DNA of 23,550 bases, from the NCBI GenBank assembly GCA_000388065.2, contig KB932202.1. One strand, written 5' to 3'. The first letter of the stretch is position 1, and each line of letters opens with the position of its first letter. The position numbers and the translations under genes were made by a program. This document shows positions 11,197 to 21,387 of the stretch, piece after piece. Source of the DNA: Fonticula alba ATCC 38817. Its lineage: Eukaryota; Protista; Nucleariida. The notes beneath the pieces are model-generated. The model saw nothing but the letters and a program-made list of their open reading frames with translations, made no database searches and was not told the DNA's origin.

Positions 11197-13852
11197 TTAA
11201 GGGCTGCCACCGGGCGGGGGGTTGGTGATCCACGGGTGCGCGAGAGCCTCGGAGGCGGTCAGCCGCTCGGCCGGGTCCTTGACGAGTAACCGCGAAATGA
11301 GGTCCATGGACTCGGGCGAGCGCATGCGCCACGCCGGGGCCCCATAGTGGTATTGGCAGCGGATGATGCGCCGGAGCTGGCCCTGCTCCCCGGGCAGATC
11401 CTCGCCCTTGGGGCAGGGCTGGTGGTAGCAGCCCCCCGGGCCGTAGTCCTCCCCGAAGGGGGATGTCAGCGAGAGCATCATGAACAGCACCACGCCACAG
11501 GACCACACATCGAACGGGGGCCCATGGGCATGGTCGCCAATGAAAACCTCCGGCGGCATGTAATCCAACGAGCCGACTTGGGACTTGGCATAGGCCGCAC
11601 GCCGGGCCGCCCGCGCGGCCGACTGCTTGCCCCGCATGATGACCACCTGGTCGCCGAAGGGGGCCTCGGCCCCCTCGGGCCCCAGGGCACTGCCAGAGCG
11701 GCACTGGCCCTCCTGGAGGGGCTGCTCCTGCTGCAGGGCCTCCTCGGCCTGGGGACCGGACGCGGAGCGGGTGCCGTCGCTGTGGCTGCCGCTGCCGCCG
11801 CCGCCGCCGCCAAGACCCGGCCCCGCGGCCAGGGGGCTGTCTCCCAGGGGCGGACTGCTCTCCGACGACCCGGGCGGCGTAAGCGGCAGCCGGGTGGCTG
11901 GCCCACTGGCGGCCATGCCGCCGGGCCCGAGGTGGCGGGCCGCTTCGTCCTCCTCCTCCTCCTCCTCCTCCTCGGTGTCGGTTTCGGCATCGTCGCTGAT
12001 TGGCGTGGACACGCCCTCCTCGGCCGGCTCCAGCAGGGGGGACGTCTCGCCCTGGGCGTGGAAGTGGGCAAACTCCTCATCGGTCAGAGCGCGGACGACG
12101 CCGAAGTCACACAGCAGGATCGAAGAAGGGTCATTCGGGTCGGCAATCAGGATATTCTCGAGCTTGGAGGGAGGATGGGCAGATTCGGAGTCAGGATCAT
12201 GCGCATCGTGGCCGGTCACAGGGCGCCGCAGGCGCCTGACGAGCACGGGCCAGACGGAGAGGGGCGGCGGGGGGCGGAGGGAGGGGGACACGACAAAGGG
12301 CGGAGGATGCTGACTCCCGGTGCATACCTTGATATCCCGATGGATGAGCGGGATATTGTGGATGAAATCCACCGCCTCAAAGAGATTGCGCATAATGCGC
12401 GAAGTGAGCGCCTCGCCGAAGCCGCCATGGTCGATGAGCACATCGAACAGGGTCCCGCCACGGGCACTGCGAGCGGGGAGTGGCAGTGCGGCAGTGTGGG
12501 CGAGGGGGGAGGGGGGGGTCAGACGGGGGGGATCGAGTAAAATACGCTCGCCATGACAAGGGGCATGCGCCAAGCCGGGCCCGGTGTCGGTGCAGCACCG
12601 CGAAGAGGAGCAGGAGAGGAGGGGCGCAAACACGCACAGGTCCGTTCGAAGAAGCAAAAAGCGCCCATGCGAGATGGTCTCCCGCAGGCAGATCATGCCC
12701 GGGTGATAGCCGGCGGCCTTCATGGCGGCGATCTCGTTGTCCAGGCGGCGGCGGTTGCGAATGCGATCGGTGAACACCACCTTGACGGCAAAGCGCCGGC
12801 GCTCGGGCGTCCGCTCGACAGCCTCATAGACTTCGGCATAGGCGCCACTGTGACGGTGGCCGGAAGGGTCAGCACACGGGGCGAGACCGGGCCACTGGCC
12901 GGGGGGGGGGGGGGGGGGGGGGGAAGGGACAAAGGGCCGGGCGAGGGCGGGGAAGGGGCCCATGGCCGCCAGGACGAGAGGCAGAGAGACGGGGGGGGAT
13001 CGAAGACACCACGCACAAGCCCAAGACTCGAACGATCTCGTAGCGCTCCAGGAAGTCCGGCGGGAAGGCCGGCAGCGGAATGTGCTTGGTCCCGGGGAGG
13101 GACAGCCGCCGCCGGGCCTTCTCAGCCTGGGCGGCGGCCAGGGCCACGCAGGGAGATGTCGGCGGTGGCGGCGACTCGACCACCAGCAGCTGATCGAGCG
13201 CATGACCGAGGAAGAGCCCGGACACCGGGCGCGTGACGGACAGGCGCTTGGCCGCGCGGCGCTTGAGGTTCTCCAACTCGGACAGCTCGCCCACCGGCAG
13301 GCTGATGCCGGGGAGGGCGGTCAGGTCGGCGGCCGGGCCGATGAGATCGCCCTGCGAGTCGGCCCGGGTCAAACGCGAGAAGGCGTCCATGAGGGCCGGA
13401 TCGGCGAGACGCAGGCGCCCGACCGGGCCCTGGTGCAGGGCCGCCGTCCGGGGGATGGCCACATCCGCCGGCAGGGGAGCCGCCCCGCCGGCCGGGGCCT
13501 CGGCCAGCCGGGCCATGTCGTCAGCCCCCAGGGAAGGCCCGAAATCCGAGAGACCAGTCGTGTGGGACCGGGTGAGGGCCACACGCCGGGGCCCGGCCGG
13601 CAGATCATTGTCCGAGGGGGCGTGGGCCGGGGGGGCGGGCGCGAGGGGGCTCTTTGGCCTGGCCGGCCCGGGGGCCGCGCTGGCCGCATGGCGGCGCGCC
13701 TTCTCAATCAAGGAGAGGCCCGGGGGGCCGGGCGATGCCGGGGACAGGCAGCCCCCGCCGGCGAGTGGGTCCACCGGGACGACAAGGTGCAGCTGCGAAG
13801 GGCGCGCCGGGGCACCGGGGCGCTTTGTGGCGCTGACAGCATCGCCGGTCAT
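11197..13852 (-). CDS. CAMK-group Ser/Thr protein kinase, 716 aa; exons 13852-13017, 12847-12638, 12466-12328, 12162-11197
   Basis: Spliced motifs LGFGAYAEV, FAVK, NEI, DLARGGTLFD, HRDIKLENILI, DFG (12108-12100), GSLDYMPPE, DVWSCGVVLF and RLTASEALAHPW. Start context CCACCACCATG. Subfamily not assignable by eye. Confidence 0.93.
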
Positions 13853-14510
13853 GGTGGTGGCTTTTCAAGCAGAGGACGGGGGAGGGGGGAGGGGGAGGGG
13901 GGGGCGGCGGAGGGAGGTGGCGGAGGGCGAGATTGGGCTGGCAAATGAAGGTGGATGGCCGGTGCCGGGGCACGACCGCGAGCGCCGTGGCTGAAATGTG
14001 GCCCCCACTCTCGTGGGCCAGGCGCGGGCGCGATCTCGGCCCGTGGCCAGGCCGCCTCTGCCTGGCGGAGGACCAGGGCGGGAGACACGCCGAGGGGGAG
14101 ATTGGCCGGCGCGCCACACCGGGCCAGGATGAACGAAAGGACCGGCCAACGGGTAAACAGAAATATGACCGTTGCCGAGCCGAAGATCGGGCCAAACGCC
14201 CCTGATCGGGCCGTGCGTGCCCATAGCGCCGGAGGCAACACCTCGGCCCCCAGTGGGGGGGTGGGGGGGGGGGGAGGGGAAGGCGGGGCAGGGGCGAAGC
14301 ATGAAGCCGTGTGTGTGACACACGCGAGCCGCGGATCATTGTCGCCCGGTGGATTCTCGGGTGGGCAGGGATCTCGCGAACGCCTGGCCCCGGTGGCGGC
14401 CCGGGGCCGCGCGGATCGCCTTGAGACTGGCCGCACTGTACCACGATGACTGCACCGCTGCAGCCGCCAATGCTGACAAACCAACACCAGTGATGGGGTT
14501 ATGTGTTATT

Positions 14511-14524
14511 GTTGTTGTTGTTGA

Positions 14525-14556
<32 letters not shown>

Positions 14557-14564
14557 TTGTTGTT
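14511..14564. repeat. Compound trinucleotide repeat (GTT)4-GAT-(GCT)9-(GTT)4
   Basis: Read directly. On the minus strand it is a CAA/CAG tract. Confidence 0.95.
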
Positions 14565-14880
14565 GTGCTCGCGCTCCTCACCGCCGGCCGGTGTTGGATG
14601 GCGCGATCTCCATTTGGATGGGGGGCAGTGCCCTCCGGGCTGCGGAGAGAGCAGCACAGAACAAAGGACATCCGACAGTGGGGGTGCATGGGAAAGCCAA
14701 CCACTCCGCCGCGCATGAAGTCGGCCCCGGCGACCGGGGACACGCGCGCCCGGAGTTGACACATCCGCCGCGCGGCAGCGCCTCGCCGGTTGGAGGGGGG
14801 GGCGGGCAGAGGGGCAGGACCGAGTACAAAAAGCCCCCCGCCCCTCCCCCCCACGGGTCCGCCAAATTACCCGCCTCCAA

Positions 14881-14926
14881 CCAATCAGCTTCCCAAGGTG
14901 CGTCGCCTCTGCCCCGCCCCGCCCCG
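14881..14926. promoter_or_regulatory. CCAAT box plus tandem GC boxes; candidate promoter element upstream of the kinase
   Basis: CCAATCAG at 14881 followed by GCCCCGCCCCGCCCCG at about 14911-14926. These motifs are short and common in GC-rich DNA. Confidence 0.25.
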
Positions 14927-16576
14927 TGGCAGCCGCGGCTCCCCCCTCCCCCTGTGGCATGCCCGGACACGCCTGTGGGTGCTGTCTGTTGGGGGGACGC
15001 GCTACCGCCGGCGCCCGCCCCCTCTCCCACCCGGGCCCAGCCGTCCCGGGGGGGGGGGGGGAGGGGGGGAAGCGAGAATGCGGGACAGATCTGGTTGAGG
15101 GGGATCCGCATAGGCAGGCAGGGGGAGCAATCGCAGCATCGATTCACCCGCCCCGGGGCGGGGACAGCATGCCTGTGTGTGCCCCCTTCCCACACACACA
15201 CACACGCACACACACACACACAGGCATACATCCCAGCCCCAAGTTGCGCGCGCGAGTCTCGCTTGCGGGCCCCATCGGCCGCCAGTGACGCAGTCTTGGG
15301 GGCCGAGCTCCGCCCTGCTCACGCAGCAGCCGGCGGACAGGCCGCGCCAGCCAGAGGCACGCGCACATGCGTGCGAAGCGTCCCTGCCTCCGGGGAGATC
15401 GAAAGAAAAGCGATCGGTCGAAGGACAGGATGTGTCCACGCGCCGGGGGGGGGGGGGGGGAGAAGGGATGTTCGCCGGGGGGCGGGCCGGGGGGAGATCG
15501 CCGGCCGGCATATGCGGGAGGCGGCGCGCCGACAGGCACAGGGGCAGGCAAGAGACACCGGTGCGGGGGGTATGCTGTACCATGTGACACTCGGGCTCGG
15601 AGCGATAATGATGTTCTTCAGCGGCGTGGCCGCGTGCGCCTGTGTCAAACGAGTCGGACCCTTTGACCGCATGCGCCCGGAGACGGTCCCCTCCCTCCGG
15701 GCGTGGAGTGCCGTTGTGTGGGGGGGGGGGGGGGGGGGGGCGCACCCGCACGCCCGGAGGGTGACAGCCACCACAGGGCACACACCGGCGACTAACAGGC
15801 GACACACGCATGTGACGCAGACGCACACAACGCACGAAATGGCCGCCCCGGGCCGCCCTGGCCGGCGCGGCGCACACACACCGAACGGTCCGGCGTCATG
15901 GGGATATGAGGTCCTCGCGTGCCGGCCACACAGGGCGCCCGTTCGCCAGCATCGCCCGGGACACGCCGCCTTGTCCGTGCCCAGCCCCGCCTCCCCTCCC
16001 CCCCCGGCCCCTCGGGGGGGCGGCCGCCGCCGGGGCCGGTGAGGCAACGGTACAAGTTGGGCCGAAGCGCCAGCCCGCGAGGCAACCATCCGCCGGTCTG
16101 ATCTCGCGCACGAGAGCCCGGGGCCTGGCCCAGCCCGGGCCCTGCCTCCCGGTTTGAGCGTGTGCATCTCTCCCCGGGGCAGAGCGGCGGGCACACACGC
16201 CCATGATGGCGAGCAGAGCTCCGTGGGGAACGGTGTACATTCCCCAGTATGGCGGTGGAGCGCACGTGCATGTGCTCTCACGTGCCGGGCCCGGGACTTT
16301 GTGCCGCCAGCGGGGGTCCCCCGTCTGGACATCCCGGCTCCTGCCCCCCCGCCTCCTGTGAGGGGCGGGCTCCACACCGCCGGGCTCCTCCTCCGATTGG
16401 TCCTGGTATTGCGTTGTGCCGCTGCTCTCGCGGGCCCCCGGCTTGGCCTCGGCTGCGGGCCATAGAACCGCAAACGGGCACTCCTCCAGCCCTTTCAAGT
16501 GGGAGATTCAATTGAACGAGAAGACCGCGGCCGGTCGGCTCACGGATGCGCACCCTGGGTGGCGGCCCGGCCTGGG

Positions 16577-16681
16577 NNNNNNNNNNNNNNNNNNNNNNNN
16601 NNNNNNNNNNNNNNNNNNNNNNNNNNNNNNNNNNNNNNNNNNNNNNNNNNNNNNNNNNNNNNNNNNNNNNNNNNNNNNNNN
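16577..16681. other. Assembly gap (105 N)
   Basis: N run with G runs on both sides. Confidence 0.99.
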
Positions 16682-16919
16682 GGGGGGGGCATGCACACCC
16701 ACACCCACCCACAGGGGAGGACATGTCGCGATGCCATCCCCTCTCTCTGCCCTCTAAGGAATCCCAGCGCAGAGTGTCACCCCCTCCTTTGTCCTTTCTT
16801 TCAGGGAGGGAAGGAAGGAGCCAAGAAAAAGCCCCACAGAGGCCCGAGGCGAGGTCTTGCCTGAGCGCACACATACCCCCACACACCGCCCGCCGCCCGC
16901 CCGCACACATACAGACACC

Positions 16920-16966
<47 letters not shown>

Positions 16967-17768
16967 ACACACACACACGCGCGCGCGGCAAGAGAAGAAA
17001 ACATCTACGAGGGGCAAACCTGCGTCCAAAAACCATGCGCGGGGAGACCTCCCCCTGCCACCAGCAGCACAGCGTCCCAAGAGAATGGCGGAGGGAGCAT
17101 GCGCCTGCCCCGAGGAAAGAGGAGAGAGAGAGAGAGAGAAATCCAAGCCGAAAGTGACCGCGTCAACCACCAAAGCGACCTGCCGAAGGGGGAAAGGGGC
17201 GAACTACGCGTGTGTCCGCAGCACGACGCAGGCCCGTATCTCCATGCGTGCGATCTTTCATTATCCGAGGAATTCAATGAGTATTGTAAGGGGAGTCACA
17301 CCAAAAGGAGAAGGACAGGGGGGGGGAGGGGAGAGTCGAATGGAGATGGGGAAGTGGGAGGGAGGGGGGGGGGGGAATGGGGCGATGCGCGCACGGACAC
17401 GCAAAGCTGGCTCTTGCTCGTCCTCTTTCCAGTCGACCAGGAGCACGCGCACGGCGACGTGCGGCCGCATGCGGCACCACAACAGAAGGAGGGGGGAGGC
17501 ACGCGCTGCCTCTCTCTCTCTCTCTCTCCCCGCTCCGCCCCCGCCCCCCTGCACAATATAACCGTCGTCACCCACATCCAAGAAAGGGTGGAGGAGAGCG
17601 GGGGAGGGGGGAGAGGGAAAGCAGGCAGATCGAGGCGAGACACTGCGTGTGTTGCAAAAAAAAGACGAAAAGGAACACACACACACACACGGACAAAGGA
17701 GGACAGGCGAAAAGGAGGGGCTGGAACACAGACACGCGGCGCCTCACCCCACATGGCCTGGGCGCCCC

Positions 17769-19573
17769 TTAGTCCTTGGGGCTGTTGTCGGCCGCCGGGC
17801 GCGAGTAGCCACCAGGCGAGGGGGAGCGCCCACGGGCCGGGCCGGGAGAGGGAGAGCGCCCGCGCGAGGCAATGGGCGAGCGGCTGCGGCTACGGCTGCG
17901 GCCGCTGCGAGAGCGGCGATCATAGTCGCGATCGTAGTCGCGATCGTAGTCGCGGTCGCGGCCGTAGTCGCGGTCGCGGCGGTCGTAATCGCGGTGGCGG
18001 TCGTAATCGCGATCGCGGTGGCGGTCATAGTCACGGTCGCGGTAGCGGTCATAGTCGCGGTCGCGATCGTAGTCGCGGTCGCGATCGTAGTCGCGGTCGC
18101 GGTAGCGATCATAGTCACGGCCGTAGTCACGGTCGCGGCGATCGTAGTCACGGTCACGGTCATAGCCCCGGTCATACTCGCGGTCGTAATCACGACGCGG
18201 GCCGCCACCACGGCGGGGGCCGGACTCACGGCGGCGGACCGGCGGGCCGAAGTTGCGCGGCACGGTGTCGCGCTTGATGGTCACCACCTGGTCCTTGATC
18301 GGGGTGTTGTCGAACTCACGGATCTGTCGCCGGAAGAGAACAGTCAGTCAAGGGGGGAAGGGGGAGGGGGCGGGCCCCGCGCAAGGGAGCGCACATCTCC
18401 TGGTCCGTCCTGGCGCCGGCGGGCTGCGAGCAAGCGGGCGGAGAGGGCGGAGAGGGCGGAGAGGGCGGAGAGGGCGGAGAGGGCGGAGAGGGCGGGGGAG
18501 GGGGGCAAGCAGAGCCGGCTACAGGGAGGCAGGAAATGAAGGAGCGAGAGGGGAGGGGGGAGAGGCGGACAAAAGGGCGGCCAACAGAGAGGAACAAGGC
18601 AATCGAGGCACGTACGGCGCGATCCATGTCGTCCTCGGTCTCGAACTCGACGAAGCCCTCGCCGCCAACGACATCAGCGAAGAGGACCTCACCGATCGGG
18701 CGGAAGTGGTCCTGCGAGCACAAGAGGGGCACATGGCAAGAATGTCAGACGACCCGCGAAGGCAGGGAGGGAGGAGCGAGGAAAGGCGGAGCAGGAGGAG
18801 CAGGAGGAGGAGGAGGGGAAGAAAAAGAAGAAGGCAACATTGAGAGGGTCGTAGGACGCCACAGGAGAGAGCGCAAGGGAAGGACACGCAGGCATGCGTA
18901 CCTTCAGATCCTGCCAGCTGACAGCCGGCGAGATGTTCTCAATGATGATGCGGAAGTCGCTGTGGCGGATGCCGGGGGTGGTGCGAGCACCGCGGCTGCC
19001 CTCCTTGGAGTGCGAGACCTCCACGCGGATGAAGGAGCCGAGGAAGTTCTGGCTGTGGGCAAAGGTCAGGGCGGGGAAGAGCGCAAGAGGGAGGACCAGA
19101 CCGGGCCGAGAGCAAAAAGGGGGAGCCGATAGGGCCGAGAGCAGACGGCGGGGGCCGAGTGGAGGAGGACGAGGAGGGAGGAGTCACGAACCGGTTCATC
19201 TGGCGGACGGCCTCCTCGGACTCGGACGGGCTGTTGTAGTCGATGAAGCAGAAGGTGGAGCGGTTGTTGGACACCAGGCGAATGTCGTTGATGGCGCCGA
19301 ACTGCGCGTGTGTCATCGATGAAGTGGGCATCAGGCGTGAGTTGGCAAAGGGAGACAGAGGCCAGGGCACGGTAAGCATGAAGCGAGCGAGCGGCCAAGC
19401 GAACGGGGCGGTAAGAAGAGGGCAAAGAAAAGAGAGAGAGAGAGAGAGAGAGAGAGGAGGGGGGGCGGGGGCACCTTGTCGAACTGGCTGCGGAGATCGT
19501 TCTCCTGGGTGTCGGAGGACAGCCCGCCAACGTAGATGCGGCTCTGTGAAGACCGCGAGGAGGGGGGAGGCAT
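17769..19573 (-). CDS. SR-family splicing factor (RRM + pseudo-RRM + RD/RS tail), SRSF1/4/5/6-like, 336 aa; exons 19573-19475, 19301-19192, 19052-18902, 18711-18616, 18323-17769
   Basis: RRM1 has RIYVGGL (RNP2) and FCFIDY (RNP1). RRM2 has the SR-diagnostic SWQDLKDHF across exons 3/4 and GEGFVEFETEDDMDRAIREFD. The tail has RDY repeats then RSRSRSRSP. Intron phases 0,2,0,0 are consistent. Confidence 0.92.
17913..18194 (-). repeat. Coding low-complexity repeat (R-D-Y/R-D units, 94 codons) in the last exon of the SR protein
   Basis: Degenerate CGC/GAC/TAC tandem units translating to RDYDRDRDYDR... Confidence 0.92.
18441..18494. repeat. Minisatellite, 6 x GAGAGGGCG (CGCCCTCTC on the SR sense strand), in SR intron 4
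   Basis: Six exact 9-nt copies read directly. Confidence 0.92.
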
Positions 19574-20318
19574 GGTTAGGAAGGGAGGGAGAATCCGAGA
19601 GACACAAACCGAGGGGGGCAGAGGAGGACGCGGCAAGAGAGAGAGAGAGAGAGCCCACACGCGGACGACCGTACCATGGCGAAGAAGTGAAGCCCGGGAA
19701 GAGGGGCGCGGGGCGGGTCTAACAGGAAACGGCCCAAATGAAGAGCGAGGGGCGACGAGGGCGGAAGGCAAGGGGAGTGCTGTGCAGAAGAAGGGCGAGA
19801 GGGGAGGGGGGGGGGGGGGGGAGGGAGGAGGGGGCTGCCGTCTGTGCGCACCCAGAGGCGGGATGCGGCCGGCGGGGGGCCGGCCCAAGAGGACACCTCC
19901 CCCCACCCGGAGGCCCGAATCTGAAACCGCCACCATGCTCTCCCGCTCATGGGACGCCAGAATTCGGCCGCGACACCTGCGCCGGTCCCTGTGTGCCCTC
20001 CGGGGAGGGGGACACCGGCCGCCCGAGGGTGAACATGGACGCCGCCGCGCGCATCCCCCGCACCTCCCACCCCGTACCCGGCACCCCCCGACTCGCGCCT
20101 CGTCTCCCTGCGCCTTTGGCTCCCCCCCCCCCCCCCGAGCGCGGGATGAGGCTCAAACAAAGCCACGAAATGACGGTTATACAGCGTGCAAGTTGGGCAT
20201 TCTAGAAGACTAGGAAAAGGGTGGCGAGCAGACTGCGGACGATCCCGCCCTCTGGCCACATCATGCTCGGGAGGCAGGCTGGTTGGCGGCCGCCCGCGTG
20301 TCTTTCTCTCTGCCCTCC

Positions 20319-20319
<1 letters not shown>

Positions 20320-20383
<64 letters not shown>

Positions 20384-20469
20384 NNNNNNNNNNNNNNNNN
20401 NNNNNNNNNNNNNNNNNNNNNNNNNNNNNNNNNNNNNNNNNNNCCCCCCCCCCCCCCCCCCCCCCCCCC
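20320..20469. repeat. Poly-C tract (64 C, 60-N gap, 26 C)
   Basis: Read directly. True length is unknown because of the gap. Confidence 0.9.
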
Positions 20470-20964
20470 GCGCCCGCAGACACACGCACAAGTCAGTCAG
20501 CACGCGCAAACGCAATAGCCCATCACCACCCTGGCAAGGCTGCCCGCCCGGGCGACCTTTGCACCCTGCGCGTTTTCCCGCTCCCTCCCCAGGTCGGCTA
20601 CAATGTGCCGCCCCCCCGCAGCCCGAACTTCGCCCGGGGTTTTTGGCGCTGGAGAGAGGGACGACGAAAGAACCACCCGCGAGGCCGGGTAGCGTCTAAC
20701 CTGCGTGTGCATGACGCCGGAATGTTGTTTTTGATATCGTAGCACATGATATTTCCTGGGGTGGCACGTGTGCGAGCCCGAATCCGCTGCTCGGCTCAGA
20801 TGCCCCCTCCCTCGGCCCCGGCCCGACGGCGCGCGGCTGAAAGAGGGTGGCCCGCGCGCCCGCACAATCCCCGCGTGCAGGGGTGCCTCTGCCTGTGCAC
20901 GCGGACTTCGTTACCAGCAACAGACGAAAAGATGGACGAACGCGCGCGTCCCCCCCCCCCCCCC

Positions 20965-21359
20965 NNNNNNNNNNNNNNNNNNNNNNNNNNNNNNNNNNNN
21001 NNNNNNNNNNNNNNNNNNNNNNNNNNNNNNNNNNNNNNNNNNNNNNNNNNNNNNNNNNNNNNNNNNNNNNNNNNNNNNNNNNNNNNNNNNNNNNNNNNNN
21101 NNNNNNNNNNNNNNNNNNNNNNNNNNNNNNNNNNNNNNNNNNNNNNNNNNNNNNNNNNNNNNNNNNNNNNNNNNNNNNNNNNNNNNNNNNNNNNNNNNNN
21201 NNNNNNNNNNNNNNNNNNNNNNNNNNNNNNNNNNNNNNNNNNNNNNNNNNNNNNNNNNNNNNNNNNNNNNNNNNNNNNNNNNNNNNNNNNNNNNNNNNNN
21301 NNNNNNNNNNNNNNNNNNNNNNNNNNNNNNNNNNNNNNNNNNNNNNNNNNNNNNNNNNN
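20965..21359. other. Assembly gap (395 N) just downstream of the desaturase stop
   Basis: N run flanked by poly-C on the left and poly-G on the right. Confidence 0.99.
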
Positions 21360-21387
21360 GGGGGGGGGGGAGGGGCGCCGCTTGCCC

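Noticed and set aside
12163-12637. Two consecutive stop-free 3n introns in the kinase (165 and 171 nt), plus others in COX20 and the desaturase
   Set aside because: Six of the 20 ungapped introns are 3n, as expected by chance, and stop-free introns are common in AT-poor sequence.
14506-14568. Minus-strand frame reading Q13-H-Q5-stop, resembling a poly-Q C-terminus
   Set aside because: An in-frame TGA lies four codons upstream (14580-14578) and only atypical GAG acceptors fall in between. Kept only as a repeat.
17913-18494. Tandem repeats considered as a CRISPR-like or mobile-element array
   Set aside because: No unique spacers, terminal repeats, target-site duplications or transposase/RT motifs. 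One repeat is coding and the other is an intronic minisatellite.
17649-18539. ORF with a long Val/Ala/Ile hydrophobic run (+) and ORF 17744-18229 with Thr/Ala repeats (-), mimicking a membrane protein and a mucin or antifreeze protein
   Set aside because: Both are alternative frames of the RDY-coding repeat of the SR protein.
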